A DNA stretch of 55,073 nucleotides from a virus (taxonomy: Duplodnaviria; Caudoviricetes): positions 1-55,073 of the IMG/VR virus record IMGVR_UViG_3300042469_000249. One strand, 5' to 3'. Below the pieces are notes generated by a model. That model ran no database searches. It was not told where the DNA came from and saw only the letters and a program-made list of their open reading frames with translations. A program made the position numbers and the translations under genes. Below are positions 35,779-45,787 of the stretch, one piece after another. Each line of letters begins with the position of its first letter. The first letter of the stretch is position 1.

Positions 35779-37644
35779 TTATGGTTGTATTAAACAAGAA
35801 CCAGCAAGGTCAACTTGCAGTCTATTTTCTGATCTGGAAGATGTGTTTGCTATTGCAACATCCAATGTTGTTGCTGTTCTGCTTGCTGAAATTATAACTC
35901 CAGATACACGGCTAACTTTTGATACAGGTATTGGAGATGGGGTTAATGATGAAGAATCATCCCAAGTAAGATTTGTTCCATTCCATGTAATAACTTCAAC
36001 ATCGTAAGCCCTATCAAATGAATTTCCACTTGTTAAAGTCATTGTCAATTCACCATAAATCCTGTCTGTTGATTTTGCTGGTAAAAGTGTTTTGTATGAT
36101 GTGCCTGCTGGATAAGTGAATTCAGAAAAAATAAATTTTGGATTGATAATAACAATTTGTATATCTGTTGGTGATATATTGTTTGTGCAATCAATAAAAA
36201 TATGATCTCTAATTGTTGCTACTTCATACGCATTTGAAGATGTTCCGTTTGTAATTCCAATATCACAATTTTTTGTTATATTGTTTGATATAGTAATTGC
36301 ACCATCAAATAACGCAATTCCTTTTTCACAATTAGTAATTATATTTCCTTCAACAACAATTGCGTCATTTACAGTTGCAACAGAAAATATTCCTCTATTG
36401 AAATTATCAATTACATTGTTAGATATAATAATTTCAGTAGCTGGATTTTGATTTAATGAATTAAATATAAGGCCAATTGCGTCAGTTCCCAAATCTTTTG
36501 ATGGGCCATTCTGATACATTGTATTGCCAATAATTGTAATGTGATTTGGCCTTTCTTCTGAACCTCCAACTTGGTTTGCATTAAATTCAATGCACCTGCA
36601 TTGTGTTGATGTTCCATTATTTATAGAGAATCTATTTCCCTCAATTGTAATATAATCGCTATTTTCTTCGATGTGAATTGCGTCTGTATATGACCCAATA
36701 AAGAAGTTGTCACTAATAGTAACATATTTTACTGATGCCAACGCTACTCCTAACGATTGAGTCACTTCTCCCGCTGCAATGGATTGGTTGTTTTCAAATG
36801 TATTATTTGCAATAACGATATTATTCATTATTCCATTTGGACTATTTAGTCCACAATCATTGTAATAATTTGCTGTAAACAAATTTCCAACAATTTTCCA
36901 ATTATTTGAAATTGACGATGAAAGATTATCTTTTAGAAAAGGATATGTTAATCTGGTTAATTTGGAATTTTCAATTACAAAATTATCTGAAATAAAACTA
37001 CTATCTCCTCCGTGAGAAATTCCAAAAACGTTATGTGATATTGTCGTGCCAGAATGAGTAACACTTCCATCTAAAGTGCAATTATTAATTGATACATTAC
37101 TTGCCCTCAATGAAATCAATGTAAGATTATTTGCAGGTTGCACTTTTGCTGTGATTTTTAACCCTGTAAACTCTATTCCTTGGTTTATTAAACTAAAAAA
37201 AACAGGAAAACTACTTGATGTAAATCCTTGGGGAGATGCAATTATTTCTGTATTCAAATCACCATCACCCTCAATTACAATATTTGCTGGAGGAGTAAAG
37301 CAAATATTAGTTGTAAATTGAATTAAATATCTGCCAGATGGAATATAAAGTTTTTTTCCTGCTGCTGCTGCCATTGCATTTTGAAATGCAATTGTATTAT
37401 TAGTTCCTGTAGTTCCATTCCAGTCACCAACCGCACCGAAGTCTTTTACATTTACCCAATCAGCAAACCTATTAGCTAATGTCCTTGATGTAGTCGATCC
37501 AGTTGCCGTCACACTGGAGCCATTCAGCCCTACAAAGCTATTTGCCGTAACTATGCCAGCGTTACTCACAGTCATCTGGTCTACGCCACCTACCCCGATG
37601 ATTGCCTGTGTTCCGTCTGTGGATGCTTTAATATTTGCGCTCAT
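35779..37644 (-). CDS. Tailspike with pectin-lyase-like beta-helix (depolymerase)
   Basis: VNVKDFGAVGD..TNNTIAFQNA..LYIPSGRY; repeated IxxNxF beta-helix rungs. Confidence 0.85.
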   Translation of the reverse strand: MSANIKASTDGTQAIIGVGGVDQMTVSNAGIVTANSFVGLNGSSVTATGSTTSRTLANRFADWVNVKDFGAVGDWNGTTGTNNTIAFQNAMAAAAGKKLYIPSGRYLIQFTTNICFTPPANIVIEGDGDLNTEIIASPQGFTSSSFPVFFSLINQGIEFTGLKITAKVQPANNLTLISLRASNVSINNCTLDGSVTHSGTTISHNVFGISHGGDSSFISDNFVIENSKLTRLTYPFLKDNLSSSISNNWKIVGNLFTANYYNDCGLNSPNGIMNNIVIANNTFENNQSIAAGEVTQSLGVALASVKYVTISDNFFIGSYTDAIHIEENSDYITIEGNRFSINNGTSTQCRCIEFNANQVGGSEERPNHITIIGNTMYQNGPSKDLGTDAIGLIFNSLNQNPATEIIISNNVIDNFNRGIFSVATVNDAIVVEGNIITNCEKGIALFDGAITISNNITKNCDIGITNGTSSNAYEVATIRDHIFIDCTNNISPTDIQIVIINPKFIFSEFTYPAGTSYKTLLPAKSTDRIYGELTMTLTSGNSFDRAYDVEVITWNGTNLTWDDSSSLTPSPIPVSKVSRVSGVIISASRTATTLDVAIANTSSRSENRLQVDLAGSCLIQP

Positions 37645-37647
37645 GTT

Positions 37648-37851
37648 TTATTTTTCTTGGTAATCTTCTGTCTTATCATGCTTGCTTGGGAAGTCGGATG
37701 GCCAATTTAAAATTTTTATATCTTCAGCCCTTCCAGTATCCTTTACATATTCAGAAGATTCATTTTCTGTATATGTTTTGACTGTTCCATCTTCTTTTAT
37801 AATTGAAATTGTATTTTCAATTAAATTCCACATTACTTCATTATTTTCCAT
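37648..37851 (-). CDS. Small protein between tailspikes (possible chaperone)
   Basis: 67-aa ORF filling the gap. Confidence 0.55.
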   Translation of the reverse strand: MENNEVMWNLIENTISIIKEDGTVKTYTENESSEYVKDTGRAEDIKILNWPSDFPSKHDKTEDYQEK

Positions 37852-37860
37852 AATATTATA

Positions 37861-40659
37861 TTACCAAATTGGATATTGACAAATATATCTAAATTCAGAC
37901 GATAAAGTATTTACTGCTGTAAAAGCAAGCATAATTGTATTTTCATTTGGAGCAGTAACATCTGCTGTAACTACTCCAGTGACGTCAACAGGGATTGTTG
38001 AAACAAGCATTCCAGCCGTCGATGCGGTTGTTGAAAGTAAATCAAGCTGTGATGGTATTGGTGGAGAGAATTGAACTGATGTGGATAAAAGCGCAGTTGG
38101 GGTAATTGTAACTCTACCAGAAAGAGTGCAAATTCTATCTTTTATTGAAAAATGGCACAAAGAAAATACAACTGTAGTAACATTTGTTGATGCAACAAGC
38201 GATGGTATATATGTTCCAGAATCAACATATTTGTTATCAATATTTGGATCATATGTTAATCCGAATATTGCTTGCGCTCCAATTGTATCTCCAAAAAATT
38301 TATTTCCACTCCAATACACCATATTGGTTCTGTATTTATATCCACTTGTTGGATATGCAGTCAAATCAGTTAAAGTTCCAACAAAAATAGGAAGTGCAGT
38401 TCCAATATCTGAAAACATATTATCTCTAATATTTATTGAAAAAACATTATCTGCAACATAAACACAATATGTTACAATTTGGCCTATAAAGTTATTTCCA
38501 ACAATTGATATTCCATTTGCATATTCTCTAAGATAGATGTGAAAATCTGAATTTGTTATTGTATTATTAGAAATAATAATATTCATTAAGTCAGCACTTT
38601 TATGATAATTATCACTTCCAGTAATAGTAATTGCTGTTTCAGTTTGTGAAATAATATTGTTTAATATATTTGTTTTTACATTTTTTATTCCAAAACCCAA
38701 CTCGCCTACACCCGGAGAAATTATGATTCCAGATTTAAAATTATTAATTGTATTATTTGAAATCAAAGATTCCCAAGCATAATTAATTAATCCAATTCCC
38801 GTTCCTACAGAATTAGAAGTTCCTGTAATAAAATTATTTGCACATAATGAATTTGGCGATCTTAAAAAGATTCCAGTATTGCAGTATAAAAATTGATTAT
38901 TTGTAACCTTTACACCATACGACCCAGAATGCGATGTCATTCCATTTGCACAATTTGTAGAAATACATCTATCTACATATGCAAACATAGAAGGTGAAAA
39001 TACTCCACTTCCAAAAATACCACTACTATATGTCACATCAAATCCTTGAAAAGCATTTTCAAGTTTACAATCTTCATAACCACAATTCCAACTTGAAATA
39101 TTTGATAGTGGATTGTAAGTAAATGTAGTTGCAATTCCAGCGGTATAATAAACTGAACAACCAACAGATTTTGTGTTATAACAATTTATGTAATTTATTG
39201 CTTCTCCGACACTATTTAAACTAAAATCACAATTTTTTATTAATCCATCACTAACACCATAAAAATTAATCTTATTTGTTCCTGTTCCAGAAATAAATTT
39301 AATGTTTTGGATTATTGGGTTTTCAACAAATGTGACTTTTCTAATATCAGAATTTGCTCTGCTGTTGATTGTAAAAGTAAGCGTTGTTCCGTTTGTAAGA
39401 GTAAATCCAGCATTGGATGAAGAATACATCCTGATTTGTGTAGAATTTATAATTGCAGAAATCCTAACAACATAACTTGATGGAATGCCAGTTCCAGTTA
39501 CAGTCATTCCCTCAACAAGTCCAGTCGTGTTACCAGATGCAAGTGTAATTGTAAAAGCATTATCTCCTAAAGCTACTGTTGGAATATTACAAACTCTTGT
39601 TGTATTTGGAGTTTCTGCCGAGTTACTTGTATTGTAGTCAGGAAAAACAAGAGGAGGATAAAATTCAAATGTATCAGAATCATTTACTGTTTGAACATTT
39701 AGAATTTCACTATAATACGATGCTTTTAGTGACCCAGTTCCAATACCCAATTGCCAATCACCACCATCAGGAGTCAAAGCATTTCTTTGCGATAACAACG
39801 CATACTTGTCTCCAACAGATGCGCCATGCGGTGATACTGTTGAAACGCTCGTATCATATCTTCCAATATTAGAAGATATTGCTATTGGTGATCCAACTGT
39901 TGGAACTGTGTATATGAAGTCACCAGTTGTTTGAGTTGAGTAATCAAAAATTGTAGACCCATTAATATCACCGCTTATCGTAATATTACTGTAAGTTTGA
40001 AGTTGGTTTGAGATTTTATATTTACCAGAAGGAATGTATACAAATTTTTTATTTACAGATAAATTTGCATAATTTATTGCATTTTGAATAAATGTTGCAG
40101 AATTAACTACTCCAGTAGGATCAGCACCAAAGTCCAATACATTCACCACATCAGCAAACCGATTAGCAAGCGAGCGAGCAGTCGAACTGCTTGTAGCAAG
40201 AGCGGTAGCACTCGATGCGTTGCCTGATAGCGTTCCTCCGATAACACTACCTGTAAAAGTAGCATCAGTTCCATTGGTTCCGTTCTCCAAAACTTTGCTT
40301 GTTCCATTGCTCGCAAATACATCACCAGTCAAATTGCCCGTTGTATTTCCAGTGACATTTCCAGAAAGGTTTCCCGTGACATCACCAGTTACATCGCCAG
40401 TAACATCACCAATAACATTTCCTGTTAGATTGCCAATGACATTCGCTGTGATAGTCCCAGTGATAGCTCCATTAAACCCCTGCGGAAACGATACAACGCC
40501 AGTGTTACTCACGGTCATCACATCCTGCGTAGTTGCTCCAGCATTACCCCTAGCCAGCTTAATCGTGCCGTCTGGTGACGATGGCACTGCCAGCGTGAAG
40601 TTCTGCGTTGCTGTAGGTGATTGTCCGATCTGGACTGCGTTTGCTTTAATGAGACTCAT
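37861..40659 (-). CDS. Tailspike with beta-helix and GNVTG repeats
   Basis: VNVLDFGADPTG..IQNAIN..VYIPSGKY; G(N/D)VTG repeats; IISNNTI rungs. Confidence 0.85.
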   Translation of the reverse strand: MSLIKANAVQIGQSPTATQNFTLAVPSSPDGTIKLARGNAGATTQDVMTVSNTGVVSFPQGFNGAITGTITANVIGNLTGNVIGDVTGDVTGDVTGNLSGNVTGNTTGNLTGDVFASNGTSKVLENGTNGTDATFTGSVIGGTLSGNASSATALATSSSTARSLANRFADVVNVLDFGADPTGVVNSATFIQNAINYANLSVNKKFVYIPSGKYKISNQLQTYSNITISGDINGSTIFDYSTQTTGDFIYTVPTVGSPIAISSNIGRYDTSVSTVSPHGASVGDKYALLSQRNALTPDGGDWQLGIGTGSLKASYYSEILNVQTVNDSDTFEFYPPLVFPDYNTSNSAETPNTTRVCNIPTVALGDNAFTITLASGNTTGLVEGMTVTGTGIPSSYVVRISAIINSTQIRMYSSSNAGFTLTNGTTLTFTINSRANSDIRKVTFVENPIIQNIKFISGTGTNKINFYGVSDGLIKNCDFSLNSVGEAINYINCYNTKSVGCSVYYTAGIATTFTYNPLSNISSWNCGYEDCKLENAFQGFDVTYSSGIFGSGVFSPSMFAYVDRCISTNCANGMTSHSGSYGVKVTNNQFLYCNTGIFLRSPNSLCANNFITGTSNSVGTGIGLINYAWESLISNNTINNFKSGIIISPGVGELGFGIKNVKTNILNNIISQTETAITITGSDNYHKSADLMNIIISNNTITNSDFHIYLREYANGISIVGNNFIGQIVTYCVYVADNVFSINIRDNMFSDIGTALPIFVGTLTDLTAYPTSGYKYRTNMVYWSGNKFFGDTIGAQAIFGLTYDPNIDNKYVDSGTYIPSLVASTNVTTVVFSLCHFSIKDRICTLSGRVTITPTALLSTSVQFSPPIPSQLDLLSTTASTAGMLVSTIPVDVTGVVTADVTAPNENTIMLAFTAVNTLSSEFRYICQYPIW

Positions 40660-40961
40660 ACGATTGTATATGTGCTACCCGATGGCACTGTTAGTGTGAC
40701 TCCGGGGTTTACTGTGATTGGCCCTGCTGACATTGCGTTGCGGTCAGTTGTGATGGTGTAGTCTGTTACCATTACTTGGTCATTCTCGTAGAATACTCCA
40801 AAGGTATTTCCACCAGTTGGAGCTTTGCCGCCCGTTGTTCCCCCAGAGGCTTCTACCGCAATACGAGCATAGTAAGCTGCACGATTTACAATCTCATTCA
40901 ATGCTGCCTCACTTGGGCCGCACGGATTGCATTTAGAACTTTGGGAATTTCCGCAACTCAT
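40656..40961 (-). CDS. Tail fibre/spike attachment protein
   Basis: FYEND...YTIT...NAMSAGPITV..GVTLTVPSGS.YTIV. Confidence 0.6.
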   Translation of the reverse strand: MSCGNSQSSKCNPCGPSEAALNEIVNRAAYYARIAVEASGGTTGGKAPTGGNTFGVFYENDQVMVTDYTITTDRNAMSAGPITVNPGVTLTVPSGSTYTIV

Positions 40962-40992
40962 AGTTTTATCGTTAACGATAGTTTAGGTTAAG

Positions 40993-41535
40993 TCAAGATG
41001 TTTGTTCCACTAAAAGATAGGGAATCGTCTTTTGGTTGTATCTATTCATTTCCGAATAGACGAGATTGATGAACCCATCCCATTGTGCGGGGTAGATTGT
41101 TTGGCATCCTTCGCTTGAGGTAGATTTGTAACTGCCCTTATGGATGTTGATAGCGATGCCCATATCATCTCCAGTAATGTCTCGCGTGACGGGCAATTGT
41201 TCTTTTGCGTTAGCAGGTCGCAACGCTGGATAGCCACCTCCGGGTTTACTAATGCCATGATTCCCCTTACGAAATCTATGAACGCCCGTTTTAAGAACCG
41301 CAATACCTTTTCTAAAAACTGATGGATCAGTATTAGCATTAAATGTAGCGTGAACGCTTGGTGATAGTAATATAATCGCATCATCGTATATGCCGCGATT
41401 GTTTCCTGATGGAGCAAATGTTTCAGAATAATACCCTCTAATCCCTACCAAAACGACACGATCTTCGATTCTTGCTTTGATAACCATTGCAAGAGTCTTT
41501 TCTTTCGATTGCTGCGGTCTGGAATTTGGAACCAT
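40993..41535 (-). CDS. Putative endolysin with L,D-transpeptidase-like His/Cys motif
   Basis: INIHKG...SSEGCQ; directly downstream of membrane-protein genes. Confidence 0.6.
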   Translation of the reverse strand: MVPNSRPQQSKEKTLAMVIKARIEDRVVLVGIRGYYSETFAPSGNNRGIYDDAIILLSPSVHATFNANTDPSVFRKGIAVLKTGVHRFRKGNHGISKPGGGYPALRPANAKEQLPVTRDITGDDMGIAINIHKGSYKSTSSEGCQTIYPAQWDGFINLVYSEMNRYNQKTIPYLLVEQTS

Positions 41536-41705
41536 TAGCCTTTGCGGATTACATTGATAAGTCCAACAAGTCCAAGTCCAGCAACAAGGATTGCTTCTTG
41601 GAGTTCTGGCTCAATCTTAACTCCAACTGCCGTAGCAATCAGAATCAATCCGCGCCATGTGCTATTCTCTGATAGCCGCTGAAGTAGTGTATTTACGATT
41701 TTCAT
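41535..41705 (-). CDS. Putative holin, 56 aa (not in ORF track)
   Basis: RLSENSTWRGLILIATAVG...AILVAGLGLVGLINVIRKG; two hydrophobic segments. Confidence 0.65.
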   Translation of the reverse strand: MKIVNTLLQRLSENSTWRGLILIATAVGVKIEPELQEAILVAGLGLVGLINVIRKG

Positions 41706-41893
41706 TTTTTTGTTCCTTTTGGTTGTGGAAGTTCATATGTAAACATTCCATAGTCTGTCTGTAGGGAAATTCCAAGTGTCTCGCATCCAGTCAAAAATGC
41801 CATTGCAAGAAAAATAAATGAAATCAAAATCATTATAAATGCAATTTTGCTTGGTTTCATTTTACGAGCGATAATAAGTTTCGAGGTATTCAT
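41702..41893 (-). CDS. Small lipoprotein (spanin-like)
   Basis: Hydrophobic signal ending in lipobox LTGC; lies in the lysis cassette. Confidence 0.55.
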   Translation of the reverse strand: MNTSKLIIARKMKPSKIAFIMILISFIFLAMAFLTGCETLGISLQTDYGMFTYELPQPKGTKK

Positions 41894-42066
41894 AGTTTTT
41901 CTATTTTCTTCCACATATACACGCAAGTCAAAAGACCAGCGATTAAACCAACTACTGCACCAGAAATTCTTAATCCAGTTTCAACATGAGGCAACATAGA
42001 TATAATAACCCCACTAATACTCGTTGCTGTTCCCATTAATCCTGCAAGTGTTGGATGTTCATTCAT
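41890..42066 (-). CDS. Small two-TM membrane protein, 58 aa (holin/antiholin-like; not in ORF track)
   Basis: MNEHPTLAGLMGTATSISGVIISML...GAVVGLIAGLLTCVYMWKK; ATGA overlaps. Confidence 0.55.
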   Translation of the reverse strand: MNEHPTLAGLMGTATSISGVIISMLPHVETGLRISGAVVGLIAGLLTCVYMWKKIEKL

Positions 42067-42482
42067 GGCGATGTAAGAATAGTAAGAGTTTCGCTTAGTG
42101 TTTCCTCGAATGTGTGAGGGGCGGTTGGCCAGTTGCTGGACGCTGGGGCGAAGCCAGAGGCGATCATGCCATCGAGCCAGCCTTGCACGGCGTTGAGCTT
42201 GGGCGAGGATTTCGCAGCGGCGTCAAGGCGGAGTTTTTGGTAGAGGAGAGTCGTGCTGCGGTTTCCGCCGTAGCCTTGCGAATCAGTCCACTCCTCGGCG
42301 GTGTAGACCGGCGCGGATGGCGTGACCCATTGGCCATCTTGCCACATGGCGTCGTCGCTGGGCTTTGGCGGGGCGGCTTCCCACTGCTCTGCCTTCGGAT
42401 TCCCGGCTGCGATGAGGTCGGCGATGTAGGATTCAGGGAGTTCGCGGAGTTCGTTGGTGATTGTATTTTTGTAGAGGCTCAT
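42063..42482 (-). CDS. Fibre-associated (chaperone-like) protein, paralog of 45360-45785
   Basis: LRELP..I...NPK..W..AP.KPS..A.W..GQWV.PS shared between the two. Confidence 0.7.
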   Translation of the reverse strand: MSLYKNTITNELRELPESYIADLIAAGNPKAEQWEAAPPKPSDDAMWQDGQWVTPSAPVYTAEEWTDSQGYGGNRSTTLLYQKLRLDAAAKSSPKLNAVQGWLDGMIASGFAPASSNWPTAPHTFEETLSETLTILTSP

Positions 42483-43126
42483 GGGTAGATGCGTGGATGG
42501 TTGGAAACGGTCGCGCTGTTGTTATTGGTGATGACGAGTCCGCCCTTTTGGTCAAGGAGATCACGAACGAGGGGAGCGTAGAATACGAGACTCTGCGGGC
42601 GAACCTTGTCGCAGGTCATCCCCTTGGAGAGGGAGGCGACTTCGGCGGCGGTGAGGGCGGCGGACCAAATGCCGACTTCGGCGAGCCGGCCATCCAAATA
42701 ACTTGATGGAGTGCTTGTCGCGTTAAAATAAATGCCAATGCCAATCCTAGTAAATGTTGGCGTTGCTGTATTGTTTACAGTATTTGTCGCTGAATTTCCT
42801 CCATCCAAATATACTGTCCTAGAATTATTTGCTGCAAATACAGCGGCCCCGTGTTGCCATTGTCCTGTTACATATCCAGCAGTTGTCCGTGCTGCGTTAT
42901 ATACGTTTCCACGAAAATCGGACGCAGCGACAGGATCGCCAGCGTCTCCTCCTCGCGCATCTAAAGCGAGTGTTGCTCCTGTGGTTCCGCTGGAAAGATT
43001 AACTAATGCATGAAAACCATTCAAACTGTCGGGGTAAAACCACGCACAAATAGACAGCGGGAGAGAGCTCGTTGGGACCGAGGTCGTGTAAAGATACTGC
43101 GTAGTCCCGTTGAATTCGTAAGCCAT
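42479..43126 (-). CDS. LamG/ConA-like lectin domain protein
   Basis: SICAWFYP...GQWQHGAAV...VYLDG...LDGRLAEVGIWSAALTAAEV. Confidence 0.8.
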   Translation of the reverse strand: MAYEFNGTTQYLYTTSVPTSSLPLSICAWFYPDSLNGFHALVNLSSGTTGATLALDARGGDAGDPVAASDFRGNVYNAARTTAGYVTGQWQHGAAVFAANNSRTVYLDGGNSATNTVNNTATPTFTRIGIGIYFNATSTPSSYLDGRLAEVGIWSAALTAAEVASLSKGMTCDKVRPQSLVFYAPLVRDLLDQKGGLVITNNNSATVSNHPRIYP

Positions 43127-44106
43127 TACGCTGCGCTCCTTACTTCGACGGCGATGAGTTCGGCATCGCCCGTCATGGTGTCGTTGGTGGTGTCGCTGCT
43201 ATCGCGGTAGACGCGGAGGCGGAAGCGGTCGCCTGCGGCGAGGGAGTCGAGGGCGGTGCAGGTGAGGGTGGTGGTGGCCTCGATGCCGGATGTGGCGGGT
43301 GCGGCGGTGTGGGCCTCGGTGGAGGAGTCGAAGGAGTCGGAGTCGAGGTCGGTGCCGGATTTTTCCCATTGGGCTCCCCAGCGGCAGTTGCCGGAGGTGG
43401 CGGAGGTGGCCATCCAGCGGATGCTGACGATGAGGCCCGTGCTGAGATCGGCGGCTTCGGGGATGACGCCGCAAAAGGTGGTGGATTCGTTCGTCGCGCC
43501 ATCGTCAAAGTCAAGCACGGCGATGGAGTTTCGCGTGTCCATGGTGGCAAATGCGGTAGCAGGCGGGTAATTATTGCGAGGTGTAAAAACCGCAATTGTT
43601 TTTGTTCCGGGAGCAGCAATAAGATTAGGGTGAGAAGTGCTTGCTTTACTATCAAGGGCAGTTTGCGTTGCCGTGGATATAGGTTTATTTGCATCCGAGG
43701 TATTGTCGCAATTTCCAAGACCAACATCTGTTTTATCAAGAGTTACCGAACCCGTGCGTGTGTTAACGGAAGTTACACCAGACACACTTCCAGAAATGTC
43801 AGATAATGTCGCAATCGTTCCAGACGCATTAGGTAGAACAAAAGTTTTTGTTGAACCTCCAGCAGTTATGGTAAGATTACTATTATTTTGCAGTTCTAAA
43901 AGTTGACTATTATCAGACGAGTAAAGTTCGTCGTGTGAATGCACAGACATTCCGCCAATTTCTTGTATCGAACCTGTCGATGGATGCTTGGCGTAAAGTT
44001 TTTTGTCGGCGTGATTTATACAAATCTCACCGCTTCCGAGATCGGAACTCAACGGAATTTTCGCAGATTGAACCGATTTTTTAGGAATTATTTTTGGATT
44101 TGCCAT
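43126..44106 (-). CDS. Fibre protein
   Basis: N-terminal GEICIN..DKKLY, VTSVNTRTGSVTL, DVGLGN.DNTSD..KPISTATQTAL; C-terminal domain shared with 45788-47254. Confidence 0.7.
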   Translation of the reverse strand: MANPKIIPKKSVQSAKIPLSSDLGSGEICINHADKKLYAKHPSTGSIQEIGGMSVHSHDELYSSDNSQLLELQNNSNLTITAGGSTKTFVLPNASGTIATLSDISGSVSGVTSVNTRTGSVTLDKTDVGLGNCDNTSDANKPISTATQTALDSKASTSHPNLIAAPGTKTIAVFTPRNNYPPATAFATMDTRNSIAVLDFDDGATNESTTFCGVIPEAADLSTGLIVSIRWMATSATSGNCRWGAQWEKSGTDLDSDSFDSSTEAHTAAPATSGIEATTTLTCTALDSLAAGDRFRLRVYRDSSDTTNDTMTGDAELIAVEVRSAA

Positions 44107-44167
44107 TCTTATAGAAGATGGGTTCCCCCGTGGATTTTACTCCACGGAGGACTTGTTTTCTTTAATT

Positions 44168-45085
44168 TTAGTAAGTTCCGCCATCAATGACAGACTCAAG
44201 AGCGGCGATGCGGGATTCGTGATCCGCGACATCAGACTCAAGATCAGTCAAACGACCAGAAACACCTACGGTCTCAAGCGAATCAATACGATTGCTCAGG
44301 TTGGTGTCTGCGGTAGAACGAGCAGAAGCTTCGGCAGTGATGTTACCTTGCAGGGTCGTATCAGCGGAAGCACGTGTGCTGGCTTCAGCGGTGATGTTCG
44401 ATTGCAGAGTAGAATCAGCAGCGATGCGAGCGGCTTCTTCGTCCGAGATATCAGTCTCGGCGGCAGAAACTCGGCTGGTCAGCGCGGTTGCGGCAGTCTC
44501 TACGGTAACGATGTCAGCAGCAAGTGCGCTGTCGCCAGACTGGCGGTCAGTGACTTCTTGTGCAAGAGCGGCGTTGTTAGAAAGAACATAGCCAGCAAAT
44601 GCGCTGTCGTTAGTCGTATCAACGCTGTTGATGAGCGAGACGATTTCAGCGAAAGTATCTTTGTCTGCATCAACGGCGGAGAGGATCGCATCAATGCGGC
44701 CTTTTTCCGTGCTGATTTTGCCATCGAGGCTCGTATCCGCAGAAGAGCGGGTCGAAGCTTCAGATGTGATAGCAGCAGCGCGAGCTGTAGCCTCTGCGGA
44801 GATGTCGTCAGCGAGGTCGCTTTCAGCACCTTGAGCGCGGCTGATTTCAGCGTTAAGATCGCTGGTCAGGGTTGTGTCAGCAGCTTCGCGGGCAACTTGC
44901 TCGGTCGAAACAGCAGAGTCAACATAGGTTTTCTTGGCGAAAATGTGTTCGCCGCCGATTGGAAGAACTCCAGTGGCTGTGCCAATGAAGAAGCTTTTGT
45001 TTACTGTGTCAAACGCAACTTCGCCAACTTGAAGGCTGACTGGTGCGCCGGAACCACGTTTGATTTTGATGATGGGATTAGCCAT
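44168..45085 (-). CDS. Coiled-coil fibre/whisker protein
   Basis: IKIKRG..P..LQVGEVAFD N-terminus; E.xxR.xAD coiled-coil repeats; ends IDGGTY. Confidence 0.75.
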   Translation of the reverse strand: MANPIIKIKRGSGAPVSLQVGEVAFDTVNKSFFIGTATGVLPIGGEHIFAKKTYVDSAVSTEQVAREAADTTLTSDLNAEISRAQGAESDLADDISAEATARAAAITSEASTRSSADTSLDGKISTEKGRIDAILSAVDADKDTFAEIVSLINSVDTTNDSAFAGYVLSNNAALAQEVTDRQSGDSALAADIVTVETAATALTSRVSAAETDISDEEAARIAADSTLQSNITAEASTRASADTTLQGNITAEASARSTADTNLSNRIDSLETVGVSGRLTDLESDVADHESRIAALESVIDGGTY

Positions 45086-45133
45086 ATTTTTTTATTATTT
45101 TTTGGTTTTTGGTTTTGGTTTTGTTGTGTTTTC

Positions 45134-45349
45134 TTAGTATCCTCCCGCATCAACTATTGTGATAGCGGCTGGAAATTGAAATCCTTTTGCAATAATTTTA
45201 GAAATTAAAAGCTCTTGCTGTGATTTATCCATCGCGGAAAAGCATCCGAATGAAAAAATATTAGAATCATTTATAGCTTCAGCAATGGAAAGGTATCTTT
45301 CGTAATTTAGTTGATCTAAAGTATAATATGAAGCACAGGAAACATTCAT
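45134..45349 (-). CDS. Small structural protein (CF motif, ends VDAGGY)
   Basis: SFGCF shared with 47277-47548. Confidence 0.55.
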   Translation of the reverse strand: MNVSCASYYTLDQLNYERYLSIAEAINDSNIFSFGCFSAMDKSQQELLISKIIAKGFQFPAAITIVDAGGY

Positions 45350-45359
45350 TGTATTTTAA

Positions 45360-45785
45360 TTAATTTCCAAGTTCTTGATATGCTTCAATAACAGTTTCAT
45401 TAAATGTAAATGGCGCAACCTCCCAATTTTCTTTAGGTTCATTATTTTGAACATACTCACCGAGAATTCTATTTGTCCATGCTTTAACTGCGTTAAGTTT
45501 TGCTGAAGTTTTGTTTGCTATGGATAATGCAGCATATAAGTCTAATAAAGTAACAAGTTGTGTAGCTCCATATCCTTGTTTAGATAACCATTTTTCTGCG
45601 GTATAAACAGGAGGCGATGGAATAACCCATTGCCCATTCTCCCACACAGCATTTGGTGATGGTTTTGCAGGCGCAAGAATCCATTCTTGCATCTTTGGAT
45701 TATTAACATCTACCCAAGTATCAATAAGACTTTGCGGTAAATCACGAAGATCAGATAAGTTATTTTTGTTGTAGTAATTAGCCAT
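45360..45785 (-). CDS. Fibre-associated (chaperone-like) protein, paralog of 42063-42482
   Basis: Full-length similarity to 42063-42482. Confidence 0.7.
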   Translation of the reverse strand: MANYYNKNNLSDLRDLPQSLIDTWVDVNNPKMQEWILAPAKPSPNAVWENGQWVIPSPPVYTAEKWLSKQGYGATQLVTLLDLYAALSIANKTSAKLNAVKAWTNRILGEYVQNNEPKENWEVAPFTFNETVIEAYQELGN

Positions 45786-45787
45786 AA

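Noticed and set aside
3233-44514. Degenerate palindrome matches (e.g. 3233, 6662, 27220, 35489, 40479, 44499)
   Set aside because: Two or more mismatches to the 14-bp core; not counted without a PWM score
44153-45208. 351-aa plus-strand ORF and other ORFs overlapping 42100-44850
   Set aside because: Shadow or alternate frames of GC-rich or codon-biased fibre genes
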